Shown here piece by piece: positions 25,555 to 38,337 of a stretch of DNA of 64,000 nt. The stretch lies in assembly GCF_006345805.1 (NCBI RefSeq), contig NC_042997.1, positions 106,392,001 through 106,456,000 on the forward strand, written 5' to 3'. Numbering within the stretch: the stretch's first letter is position 1; each line of letters starts with the position of its first letter. Origin of the DNA: Octopus sinensis. Taxonomy: Eukaryota. The notes beneath the pieces were generated by a model. The model worked only from the letters and a program-made list of their open reading frames with translations. It did not search any database and was not told the origin of the DNA. The translations under genes and the position numbers were made by a program.

Positions 25555-27799
25555 ATGACAATGAAGGGAATATTCATTTTGGCTTTTGCTTACTTCATGA
25601 AAACTTTTATTAAAGTGACTGAGAATTGTCAAACAGACTGCCCTGATGTTTGCAACTGTACTGAGATTATATTCAGCCGCTGTACTGTAATCTGTAAAGA
25701 TCAAAATCTAACTCAAATGCCTGTTTCTTTTCCAAAGAATGCTATGTCAATAGATTTAAGTCGAAATCGTATTAAAAGTATTCCAGCGGATAGTTTGAAG
25801 CACTTAAATTTATTAGAGGTGCTGAAACTTGATGATAATCTTCTTGAAGGTTTTCAACCGACCGTCTTTGAAGGTTTGTGGTCCTTGAAAGAACTCTCGT
25901 TAGAGTACAACCGACTAACTATGACTTATAAATCCTTTCCTATAAACCTGTTCCAAAATTTAACAAAAGTGAAAATTCTGAAATTACGAGGTAACTCATT
26001 ACTATGTAACGGTCTAACCTATATCGATAAAACTATTTCTTATTTAACTTCACTGGAACAATTATTTATGACAGGTACTACATACAGTTACTTTGGAGCG
26101 GGGTATACAAAACTGTCAAACTTAAAGTATGTTAGCTTTGCTACAAAGCGAAATAAATCAAATCTGCACTCCGTCACGAGTGGCACCTTTGTCAATATAC
26201 CATATGTTGCCTACTTGAATGTCAGTTACTCTCAATTAGCTGTAATTGATAAAAAAGCATTTCGATTTTTAAATAATCTAAGAGTTCTAGATATTTCAAA
26301 TAATAATATTTGTTACGAATACGGTATTTCTTCTCAGGTTTCCAGTTAACTCATCATCTTGAATATCTTGCCCTCAATAATATCATTGCTAGGAATAACC
26401 TTGGAATGCCCTTATATGCGAGACAAGGATCACAATTACATCATACATCACTGAAAAGATTCGAGTTTAGTTATAACAGACTGGAATATATTGAGCCCAA
26501 TTTTATTTCTTCTTTGCCCAAAACATTGGAATACGCATATTTGAGAAATAATATATTAACATATGGAAAATATTTGCTTGAAATCAAGACTTTAACCAAC
26601 ATTAAATTAATTGACATTAGTACGACATTATCACATAAGAACCTTCCATTATTTCGTTATAAATTACTCAATAGGGATACTACTTACAGTTTTACAATCT
26701 CTAAATCTCTTAAAAAACTCTTACTACAAGGTTGCCACTATCAATTTCCGATACCACCATTCCATATAAAAGATGCAAATGCAATAAGATTAATTAATGC
26801 AACGAATAATTTATTTTGTCCATGGAGTGGCCCAGTCCGAGGCTTAGAACAATTACAAATTCTGGATTTAAGTCACAACCAATGCAATAATATCAGTAAC
26901 GAATTCTTCACATATTTCACTGGTCTGCGACTTTTGAATATCGAAAATAACGCAATAGGAATTTCAGAGCAAGTTGCCAAAGAAGGTTTCAGCAAAGCTT
27001 TTCAAAATTTAACCAGCCTTGAGGAATTATATCTTTCAAATAACAACATCCAATATTTATCAAACAACAGTTTGTTACAGCTGAAAAATCTCAGAATCTT
27101 AAATTTACGCAACAATTTATTGGAATCTTTTGATGTAAAGATTAGTCATATGTTAAATTTATCATATTTAGATTTATCTAAAAACGTTTTACAGGAACTG
27201 TCGGAAAACACTTTTAATGCTATTGAAAAAATATCTGAACACCATAAATTCACTGTCAACATCCAAAGCAATAATTTGAAATGTGGTTGTGCACAAATAA
27301 GATTTCTCACTTGGCTGCACAAAGTACGGAATTCAGGTCGTTTGAAAATAATGTACTCGAAATGTACTCATCCTAACGGAACAGTGTGGAAGTTGACAGA
27401 CAGTCGGCTTCCTTTGATTATAACCTATCTTAACCATAGGTGTTCATCATTTATCGGTATAATTATCGCTGTAACATGTCTTATTGTGCTTCTGGGTTGC
27501 TTTTCTGTTGGAGCTCTTGTTTACCATTTTAGATGGAAACTACGATATTTGTATTACATGATCCGAGAACGATACGCATATCAGAGAATACAAACTGGGG
27601 AATATCTTTATGACGCTTTTGTATCTTATGCAGAAGAAGATCGAGGTTGTGTTGTTGAATATCTAATTCCAGAACTTGAAGAAAAGGATACGTTTAAACT
27701 GAATATCCATCATCGAGATTTTCCTGCAGGGAAGCAGATTGCTGAAAATATATTGTTTGCTATCCAATCGAGTCGAAAATGTCTTATTTTACTGAGCAG
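25555..27799 (+). pseudogene. Toll-like receptor copy B, exon 1, with one frameshift near 26300-26345 (pseudogene, allele or assembly error)
   Basis: ORFs 25555-26349 (signal peptide, LRRNT CPDVCNC, LRRs) and 26310-27803 (LRRs, NNLKCGC, TM, TIR YDAFVSY / HHRDFPAG) overlap in different frames and together align with copy C. Donor AG|GTAAAT after 27799. Confidence 0.9.
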
Positions 27800-28543
27800 G
27801 TAAATGTTCACCGTTTATTAGTATTCTATCAAAATGTATTAATTTTATTTCTAACCTTTTCCTTTCATTTTTTCCTTACGTTTTGATAAATTTTAGCTAT
27901 TTTTTAAAAGAAATTAAATCGTCAATCCCAACACATTACTTGAAGTGTTTAAATAAATCTTGCATTTCGGGGTGGTCACTTTTTTTTTTGCCAAATAAAC
28001 ACACGCACTATATATTTTTTCTTCACTCGTTTATTACTGTTCTTATTTTATTATTTTAACTCATGTTCACCGCCCGGAAACTTTTCGCCACACATCTGTG
28101 ACCTCTTCAGTGACACTTTTCGTTTTCGTGTGTTTTCTTGCACCAAAAACTGGATTCTGTCTTGAAGAAAAAGATATGTCGAAATATAAAACTTATTACA
28201 GCTTGGTAGCCATATGTTTTTATGAATATCTATTTGTAAGACATCTTATCTAACGCCATAGCCAGAGGGAGAGAATATAGGAGGAGAGAGAGAGGGGGAG
28301 GGAGAGAAAGGAGGAGGAGGATGAGAGAGGGAGAAAGTGTATGTAAAAGTAGGGAAGGTGGTAGCACTCTTTCTTTTTGGAGAGGTTAAGTCGATTACAT
28401 CGACTCCAGTACTTAATTTGTCCAGCCCGAAAGGATGAAAGGCGAATCGACTTCGGCGGAACTTGAACTCAGAACGTAGCAAAGGGTGAAATACTGCTAA
28501 GCATTTCGTCCAGCGTGCTAACGATTCTGCCAGCTCACCACCT

Positions 28544-28645
<102 letters not shown>

Positions 28646-29505
28646 ATTATTATTATTATTATTGTTATTATTGTTATTGTTGTTGTTGTTGTTGTTGCTG
28701 TTGTTGTTGTTGTTGTTGCTGTTGTTGTTGTTGTTGTTATCTTACTTTTAGCATTAAGTTAAGTGTTTAATATTAGTCTATCTCTTCTGTAATACTCTCT
28801 CCCAATTTTCTCTTTCATTTATGCATGTTGTATTTTAGCTGTATCGTCTATTCCTAGATATTTGTGTGGGCGGTTGTGGTCTAATTCTCTAGTTCTTGTG
28901 TCTATGTCGATTGCAGTGTTTTCAGTGCTGAATAATTTGCCTCTTCTCAGGGTGACTCTGGCAATTTGTCCAGTCCCATGATCATTCTGATGTCATTGCT
29001 GAAACTCTGAACAATTTCGGTAAGGTTTCTCTGTTCCATGGTGCTTTTAGCGAAAAGGTTTTGGCCAAAATTACACCAGGAGATGGTTTATTTTTTTATC
29101 CGTAGCACCTACAACCCATGGTGGTTTCGTTTAACAAATTTGTTAGCAGGATCTGAGAAAGGCAGAAAAGCAAGGGTGACAGTGATTCTCCCTCGAAAAT
29201 CCCTCTTCTTATCGATATAGGATAGGTTTTAATAACTTATGAGTTACTTTTTAACGTTATACTGGTTTTTCAGTTTGCCATTTCATGTTTAATGTATTTT
29301 AGTCCTGGTAGGGATACCTTACTATTATTATTATTATTATATTATTATTATTATTATTATTATTAATATTATTATATTTTAAAAGGATTGACGTAACTCT
29401 TCACAAAGGTAAACATACCAGCCGAAGAGCGCGATGCGATTGCCATAGATATTTTATTGGTTGGGCGATATTTCGGCGGCAAGCCTGTCTTTGTCGAGTT
29501 CAAAA

Positions 29506-30447
29506 GGAAAAGTGATAAAAATTCAAAATTATAGAAATTCAAATCTAAAATATGAACGAGAGCAACCAGCGTCCAAACGTTGATAGAATGACATCATCAG
29601 TCTTCAAATTTCAATTTTACAGCTGGCAAAAACAAAAGGAAAGAAAAAGAGGGGAAAAGAAAAACAAGAATATATAATCAAAAAGTTTTGTGTAAATTTG
29701 ATGAAATTCTGTCATTTTATTCATTCCACCAGGAGGTGATGTTAATAACCCGAAAACATTTCTCTCCTCGTGCATTTTTGAGTATTGAAAGTGTATCAGA
29801 TTCAGAATATTTTCTGAGAGTATGCAGTTTCAGGTCTTTTTCAAAATTGCAGATGTTTGATGCAAAATGTTCGGCAAGTTCTGTCGGACTACTATTATTG
29901 TGCCTGATGTCATAACTGTTGCCATTAAGTCTTTCATTTAATTGTTCTGTTCTACAACCAGCATAAATCAAGTTGTGTTTCATGCATTCTGTTGCGTACA
30001 CCAAACGGGAATCTCTACATGTCCCACCTCCTGTATAAATCATAACATTTCTGTTATTATTCCTCATAACTTGACTCATGTTGTTTCACAATGAACAAGC
30101 CTCTCTTGAGGCTGTTTTTCAAGGTACAGCGTGCAGATACTCTAATGTTAGTCTTCTTGGAGTCAGGAGTAGAGGTTAATAATTTCCATCTAAAGGCTAC
30201 AATATAATGTCTGGGAATTTTGCAATTTTGAAACAGACTTTTGAAACGAGGAGAAACATGTTTGCAGGTTATTAACATCATGCTTGGAAGGAATGAATAA
30301 AATGACAGGAGGGTTTCATCAAAACTGATTAAATATTCTTTTTTTTCTTTTTTCCCTTTTTTTCGCCAGTTGTAAAATTGAACCCTGGTTGCTCTCGTTC
30401 ATATTTTAGATTTGAATTTCTATAATTTTGAAATTTCATCACTTTTT
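29506..30447 (-). mobile_element. Penelope-like fragment with GIY-YIG remnant and inverted terminal duplication
   Basis: LVYATECMKHNLIYAGCRTEQLNERLN..ELAEHF (29717-30079, - strand). About 29506-29770 is inverted relative to about 30240-30447. Confidence 0.7.
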
Positions 30448-30450
30448 CAC

Positions 30451-30499
<49 letters not shown>

Positions 30500-30939
30500 T
30501 ATTATTATTATTATTATATTATTATTATTATTATTATCATTATTATATTTTGTTTTGTATTTGTACAAGTTGACTCCCTGTCTCACCCAGAGACCTCAAG
30601 AGACTACAAGTTAGAAGTTCAAGTTTGCATTACTAGAGTGCCATATTTTTGATTTTGTACAAAGTATTTTTCGAGAGAATGGCTGTCGAAACATGGGAAA
30701 ATTATGTTCATTTTAGAAGTAATTTGATGATAAGATGATCGTGTCACCTTAAAATGACAGTAAAAGTGCTTGCTATTGTGTACACGTAAAAGTACATTTG
30801 ATGTTTACAGATTAAGATGCTTTTGTAATTACATAGACAATATTTTTCGTAGGATATGAGCAATTCCCATGAGCACCGTTTTTTAAATTTCTTCCAGTTT
30901 GGGATTTTCTTAGTATTTGAAATAGGTAACAATCAGCTC

Positions 30940-33870
30940 CCTTTGCATTCGTAGAGCACAGGTATTGCTTTAGTCTTGAGCTTCCACATTTTGTCAGTTT
31001 CTATTTCAAGGTGTTAATATTTGCCCAGTTTTTGGTAGTTCTTGACAGATACATTTATGTCGATTGAGACAATCATTTCGATGAGGAAGCATGATTTTAT
31101 CTGGAATCATTCAATATAATGTCTGGGCTATTTGCATCTATCTTTCTGTCAGTTGTGGACAGTAAAGTTCCAAAGGGGTGAGATGTGATCATTTTCAAAC
31201 ACTGGAAATGGTTTGCGTTCCCATCAGTTTTTATCATGGGGTAGGTCCAGGTCTTTGCAATTATCCAGTGAATATACCTTGGCCGGACATTTGGGACAGA
31301 CAATTGGCGGACGGAGATTTGGTTGAGCGAACATTTGACTGTGCAGACATATGGATAAACGTACATTTAGCCGAATGAAATTTTTAATTGTTTATTTTTA
31401 TTTCTAATTTAAAGAAATGATAAATAGAATAAAAAGATAAAATCCTTGCATATAAATGTTTGGCAAATTTGCTGAAGGATAAAAAATATTAATATTAATA
31501 TAATTGTTTTATTCAAATTTGGTGAAAACAATGGATTAGAGAGAAGCGCACAAGGCCTTCCGCGGACAACAAATTCTCTAGAAGGATGGCACAGAGTGTT
31601 TAATCAGAGAATGGCAATCAGTCATCCCACAGATTGCTGTCTGGTTTCAAACCTAAGAAGAGAGCAGTCTGATTGGGAGTTGACGATTGAGCAAGTGGTA
31701 GCAGGTGTGGAATTGAGGAAACCGAAGAAGTACTACATCTTTAACGCAAGACTGAAGTCTGTCATTGAGAAATATGAAAAGTATTCCAGAATTGATTTAT
31801 TCGAAGCAATTGCCTACAATCTTTAGATAATTGTTTTACGTTTTATTCGTTTTTAATAAAACAATTACATTCTAATTAAAATAAATACAATATATCTTTT
31901 ATCGTTTAGTAAATGTAAATATATATGTAAATGTTTGTATTATGAAAAGATGTTATCTTTTTCTCTTTTTCATCCATTGCTGTTTATACCAAATTTTAAT
32001 AAAGCAATTACATTAAAATTAATATTTTCCACCCTTCAGTAAATTTACCAAAACTTTATATGAAATGATTTGTCTTTTTACCATATTGATCCCTCTTTTC
32101 AAATTAGAAATAAAAATACACAATTAAACAGTTCATTCGGGCAAATGTCCGTTTATCCATATGTACACTCGGTCAAATGTCCATCGGTCATATATCCGGG
32201 AACAGAATGTATTGTGCCACTCTGTCATACCTATTGTACTACTCTGCGGGCACAAGAAGGCTGCACATGAAGATAACATGATCGATAATTTCAGCCTTTT
32301 GTGTACATACAGGAAATGTTGGGTTACTGCCGTACTTTAAGATATTAACCTGATAGGTAGGTATTGATCCTAGTCTGCTATGATAAGCCCTTCTGTTTCT
32401 GATTTTAAACCAGAAGACGCTAACGATCGACTTCAGCATTATTAGCTCTCTTTTGGCATTTGCAACTGAGAGGTTTTTCTTGCCATCTATCAGTAAGAAT
32501 ATCTAAGACAGCAGTTTTAGCAAGGGTTTCCATACGCTTAGCTTTTCTGTAATTGTTTCCAGCGCGTCTAATTCTGGCACTTGCTTTATTTGGATATGCC
32601 TTAGATATTTCCTTGTCGGTTTTGTTATTGAGTATGAGATTTTCTTGTTTTTATGCTTTAAGACAAGTTTTAGCATCCAGCCATCAGAATTTATCAGGTA
32701 AATGTTTAGGCCATTTGTGGCAATCTTCATTGTCTGTTCAAGTGGTAAGAGTCCGTGACCATCCTCTTTTCTTCGCAAGTAAAGTCGTTCTACATCTGCT
32801 TTAGGGTGGTGAATTCTATTCAGTGTCAACCATTTTCAAGTTTTTCTATCAAGCTTACAGATTTCAGTAGTTGACCAATTAATAATATTGAATCTGCAAG
32901 TCGCGATCGCTATGGCTAAAGTATTAGTCGCTTTGATCTTGTTTCTTGCATTTAGCCCTGTCTTGAGTACTACATTTACCCTGCGATAACATTCTTTTCT
33001 GATCTTTTCCCTGATTATTGAATGTTTGATTCCATCATCTTCACATACCCTTAAGTATTTGTGACCCACTTCTTGTTCTAACTCCTTTATAACATTATTT
33101 TGCTCAAGTTTAACGTTGGATGTTTCTATCATTTTCCGTCTGATAAAAGTAGATTTTGAACATTCAATAGGCTAAATTCCATCCTGATGCCATACTAAAC
33201 TGTTTTATAATTCCTAGTAAGCCCCGGAGCTGCTGGTCATTTTTCAAAGAGCTTTAAATCATCCATGTGAAAGAGATGATTTTTATTTTATTAAAAATTT
33301 TATTGCTACATTTTAGTTCATCGAGCAATTTGGAAAGAGGTATTACGGTTAGACAAAAGAGGAGTGGTAATAGAGAGTCACCCAGAAAAATGCCACTCAA
33401 TAATGTCAATCAATAAACAGACCTCATTGTTTTCCTCTTCCACAGCAATATCTGTTTCATTAGCTTTGAATGTCCAGTCTGTACAGCAAAGTCCCAAAGA
33501 ATCGTTACAATTTCTCCTTCAGTTACAGCCTCAATGTGGTTCTTGAACCATTTGTCAACAGTTTTGATTTTATAATGCCGACAGATTAACCAGTGTAGAT
33601 ATTGAACAAATCTGTCATGTCTTGATTTATGCTCTGTACGTGCAAAAACATTACACCCAAAGATTAGGTGGTCCACTGTTTCTATCTCATCGTTGCAGTA
33701 TCGGTATTTTGAGTCCACTCCATTTTTCATCACATTGGCTTGGTAGTTACGGGTCTCTGATCTTGGAGCAGCTAAGATAAAGCTTTCGTTCTCTGCATTT
33801 ATATCTGAGCTCTGTAGCCACTGATGTGTGCTTCTGGTCTGCATCAGCTACTGCACAGCACGGAATTTTT
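30940..33870 (-). mobile_element. Second R4/Dong-like RLE LINE family, fragmented and interrupted by a MULE-derived element
   Basis: HHPKADVERLYLRRKEDGHGL; KYLRV; ETVDHLIFGC..RHD; ILWDF; NSPDIIL. Confidence 0.8.
31278..32203 (+). mobile_element. Non-autonomous Mutator-like (MULE) element with TIRs
   Basis: Inverted ends (acatttgac..acatatggataaacgtacattt..ccgaatgaa / ttcattcgg..aaatgtccgtttatccatatgt..gtcaaatgt). Internal PRTTNSLEGWHRVFN..SHP matches a MULE transposase C-terminus. Splits the LINE motif VAQYIHW. Confidence 0.7.
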
Positions 33871-34099
33871 GTCAGTGAACAGGTTGCGGTTTCAAAGCGA
33901 CAAATTAAATTTAAATGCTGAAGTGAATCTAACGGTTTTTGTTTGTTTTTAAATGGCTTATAAACACCTTCCACGCTGCAATTGTGTTACAGAATGTTAT
34001 GAACCAAACGATAAATTTATACGCTCCACTAGCCATCTTCATTTTTCAAAAAACTCAGTGTATATCATATGTCTCAGAAGCAAGCGGAAGGGACTTTGA

Positions 34100-35860
34100 T
34101 AACAGTAGGTAACAAACTGTTCGGCAGATATTGGAAGGCACATGATCAGGCACATTTTGTCGATCAAGACACTTCATCTGTACCCTGTAACATTCAAGAA
34201 GCTGGTAAAAGAATTGAACTCCTGGCATTGGATGAAATTGTAATTTAAAAGAATTCCCTTCTGATAAAATGTCAGTCGTTACTCATTCTGATGATGGATG
34301 TGTAAAGCAGGGAGCTAGATCTTTTTCCGTCCAGGGGTTGATAATTAATGGTCACTACAGACCTCTACCGGCTCTGCTTGTAGCATCACAAGCGAGAAAT
34401 AACCTAGCTAACTCGGAAATTACTAGTACTTTCGCTACTAGAAGCAACAAATAATATCCCGGTTAAAATATTATTTGAAAAAACTGATTTTGTTATCTCG
34501 GACTAAACATCACACAATGTTGAGATTGAAGAGATCGTAGCAGGAAATCTCAGCACAGAACACGTACCTGAACATCTGTTTTGCAATGTGCACCCTTCAC
34601 TTATGTTCAATCGAGTAATAACAACAGTGGAGTGACATCGAGAACGCAATTGGTCGAGACAAAATTTATTCGAGTTTTCTTGTAAATGCAACATCGAGCT
34701 CATCCAGTGTCACTGTTTAGGCTCTTGACTGCATAACAAGATTAATCAGTCATGAAACAAAGCCGGTGAATTCGACAAGCACATTGAACCACGGGTTAAT
34801 CAATTCGTTGCCCTGAAGAATGAAAGCTTTAACCGTCTTACTACTTGTGCAATAACTTTGTACGACCTGGATGATGTGACATTGTAGCTGGCGAAATACG
34901 AGCATGTTACAAGCTAATTAGCTTGTTTCCTTCGATAGATCTAGAGTTCCTCAAAGTCTCGTATTGCACAGGAATGCTGATTGGACTGCACCTTGTCGAA
35001 CCATTCCTTTCGCTCGCAACAAGCACAACCGACTCAAAACTGCTTTCAAAAAAACTTTATGATGACCTTTCCACAGGGAATCCAAACCGATTGCTAAATG
35101 TACATAGTCCTGCATTCAGTTTCGAATCTTCTAGCAGATTCCAGGAAACCAGATATTATGAAGATATATATTGTTCTGTTGAAGCTATTGCAACCGAATG
35201 GAAGACAAAGGTATTAAAAGTATTGTCGAAGCTTCGTCCAAAGTTAATGGATGGTTTCCAGAACCAGAAGAGTTCTGTTTAGTTTTGGAAACATCATCAA
35301 AGTGTTTCTCCTTGTTTCGATAAACATGGAATTAACTAAACTAGAGAGAGTTCATATTTATAACCTCGACTCAGAACGCAGTGTGGGATTTATCAACTAT
35401 GAGTTGAATCGTCGAGGTGCCAAGCAACTCAAATTAGCATCTTCTTCCCAAGTTAAATCCAAGTCGGTTGATCTAATTGAATGTCGAGAGCCCGAGGCAT
35501 TCAGGCAATATACGAAACGCACTAAACGTGGGGGAGGGGCGAGTGCCTGACATCATTAAAGATTAGGATAGCCACCGACAGCAGTTGATGGTGGAGAGAC
35601 TGGAGAAGAAGAAAATCTCCAACACTGCAGTGAATAGACGACGAAACCATGGTGTACCGTTTACTAGCAACACTGAGGTAGATACCTATCTCATAGCAAA
35701 TATACTAGATAAAGGAAAGGTCGATAAGCTGTATTTAGAAATCAGGTTTTCCAGAAACATTGCACTATCTGTGCCAAAAAACCAGTAACATTTTCCGTCT
35801 TAAACAAAATTATCAAAAACAGTCAATGGAACGATGAATTTACTTGGATAATGTGAGTTG
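34100..35860 (+). mobile_element. Highly decayed DNA-transposase-like sequence, family undetermined
   Basis: Colinear broken ORFs 34923-35788 (HNLDSERSVGFINYEL-like motif) inside the TLR B intron, with many stops. Confidence 0.4.
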
Positions 35861-36300
35861 CAAGACAGACTAAGTTTCGTCACATTTTTGTGGCTCGAAG
35901 ACTTTTAGACAACTTAAACACCTCCCACCTACTGCAGTGTATATTTCAATAGATCGCTTTTGAATTGTGCTCTGTAACTGTGGCACAGCACAAGGTTGGA
36001 TATACCACAAAGAATATCCCGATTCCCTCCAACCATTTTACACATGGATACTACCGTATAAGGTGAGCTCCGGTGATGAAGAACCCACTCCATACTATTT
36101 CTTTCTTTCTTTTTCTTTCTTTGCTCCCTTCTTTATCTTTTTCTTTTTCTCCTTCTTTCTCTTTCTCCCTCTCTTTCCCTCTCACACGTTCTTTCTCCTT
36201 TCCATGTCTTCACACCCCCAGCTTTTACCAGCAAATTATGACAATAATTATTTCGTATTTTTAAGTTATAACATTAATGTATGATTTCGTTTAATTTCAG

Positions 36301-36538
36301 GAACTTTTTGGCAAGTGAATGGTGTATGTTTGAATATAACATGGCTAAAATGGAATGTGTTCACGCTGAAAGAGATTTGGTAATTGTCATAATGCTCGAA
36401 GAATTCTCTGTAGACATTCTACCTTTGCAATTAAAGCATCAAATCAAAATGCAGAGTTATATATGTTTTCCGACTGAGAACGCGAAGACAAGTGATGTTT
36501 TCTGGAATAATCTTAAAAAATCTATACGAGAAGGTTAA
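36301..36538 (+). CDS. Toll-like receptor copy B, exon 2 (C-terminal TIR)
   Basis: Acceptor ttaatttcAG|G completes Arg (AG+G). Encodes NFLASEWCMFEYNMAKME...YICFP...FWNNLKKSIREG*, paralogous to copy C exon 2. Confidence 0.9.
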
Positions 36539-37019
36539 TAACAGTATGATCGATTTAAATTATATTTCAATTTTATAACGGTATCACTGAAAGAACATTT
36601 TGTAATTTTCTTCTTATGCGTGTGCATCAAAATTATAAATTCATGTATGTGTGAGAGAGACAGAAATCTTACAGAAAATTGCTATGCTGTTCAGTAAATA
36701 TTCATTACAACCTTTAACTTTAATTAACAAAAAAGCATGTTGTTTCTTTGTATGCAGTCGCAGTCATTTGTATATTTTCAAGATCAATATTTTGTTGATC
36801 ATTGTATAATTTGTTTTATGTGCTAATTGCTTGCGATTGTATATTATCAATTTACTATATATATAATTGTTCGTAATTTTTTTTCTGTAATATATTTGCA
36901 ATCGAGGAACTCGTTTTTGCAATGTTCTGCCCACTTCGAAACTGTAACAAATAAAGATTATACATTTGAAAACGCCCATTGATTTTTTTATCCATGTATC
37001 ACGAATTTTTAATAATCTG

Positions 37020-37560
37020 TTGAAATTTCAAACAAAACCTGTATATTATCCATGGTATAACATCACTCTAGATTCTCAAGCAGAATATTTTACAGACATT
37101 TTTGCGAGGCTCTTGATCGCACCTGAAATGACCCCTGGTAATTTGTGACAAACTCTGCTGGTCATTACAAAAGTTACACTTGCTGATAAGTTGAAGGCAT
37201 GTTCCAAAGAAACTGTTATTTTGAGACAAGTAGAAAAACAACATCTTTCATCGAAAATTAGAGTGCCTCTTAATGCAAATATCTCAGCAGCCCAAATTGC
37301 AAAGATTTTACTTCAAACAGGGGCAATGGTCAGTTTCCAGGTGTCAGCGAGAGTAAAGATTTTATAATTCAAAACACTTGTCAAGAAATTCTATTGCAAT
37401 TTTACCCTAGACCTTTGCGGAATTGCAAAAGCCCAAAGCGGTTTCTAAACATGCATACCCAGATCCTCAAAATGACATTATGCAAGATATTAATACCATT
37501 ACAATTCAATAGATAATGATCGAATTCCGGTTTTAGGAACCAAACTCAATGTATTAATCG
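37020..37560 (+). mobile_element. Possible decayed Helitron helicase fragment
   Basis: Broken frames resemble GDFRQTLPVI..ADELKAC..VEKLHL..RV. Confidence 0.35.
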
Positions 37561-37899
37561 TTAACAATAAGGCCAGCAACAACAGTGTTCCCTGATCATA
37601 TATATAGAGTAGTAACAGAAAGGAGGAATTTCGATTATCCCCACGTGGTGAGTCGTAATGTATCTAAGAGATTAAAAAGGAAACTACGCACACTTACATA
37701 TTTTTAATATAATTTTTAATATATCAACTGGTTTCGCTCTCGCTATTCATGATATTATGTTTTACTTATTTGAATATGTATTTTTCTTAAGAAGAAATTT
37801 TGTCCATGTTGTGTGTGATGATATTTACGAGTGAATGACTCCACAAGTAGACAAATAAGGGGAGGTATTGGTTATCGTTATTATTGTTATTGTTGTGGG

Positions 37900-38335
37900 T
37901 ATGGAAGATAACTGTTCAGCTTTCGGTAATGAGAGGGGAATATATATGTGCAGACAAAAACAAGTTTTGAAAATCTTGTTTAATGAGGGGATTTATGTAC
38001 AGTGATGTAATCGTGAGTTGAAATATGTAAAAAGATAAAAGTTGGTTATGCGTGCATACTAAGACGTGTTCTGTATTTTTCAATGAAAAAATTTTTTTAT
38101 TTAAACGTCTTGTGGAGATATTGTGTCTTTGCACTGTGAAATTTGGTTTGATGTTATCTGCACATTTTTCTATATGTTCACAGAGAGGAATTTGCCTGTA
38201 TTGCAGGAAGCGGATTTGATCTTTATATAGAGTGGTTCTCTTTCTCAAGGCCATACCCGTTTGTCCAATATCGTTGTGTCCGCAACCCGAGCAGGTTATT
38301 GCACAAATTAGGTTCGCGCCGTCATAACTGATCTC
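37900..38335 (-). mobile_element. Penelope-like GIY-YIG fragment
   Basis: NLICAITCSGCGHNDIGQTGMALRKRTTLYKDQIR resembles NLIYxIxCxxC...YIGET..LRxR. Confidence 0.7.
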
Positions 38336-38337
38336 CC

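Noticed and set aside
29575-29612. CTGATGA on the - strand in a Penelope terminus as a hammerhead
   Set aside because: No GAAA or convincing stems follow, so it is too decayed to call.
30428-30652. Poly-His/poly-Met ORFs
   Set aside because: They arise from (CAT)n and (TAT)n microsatellites.
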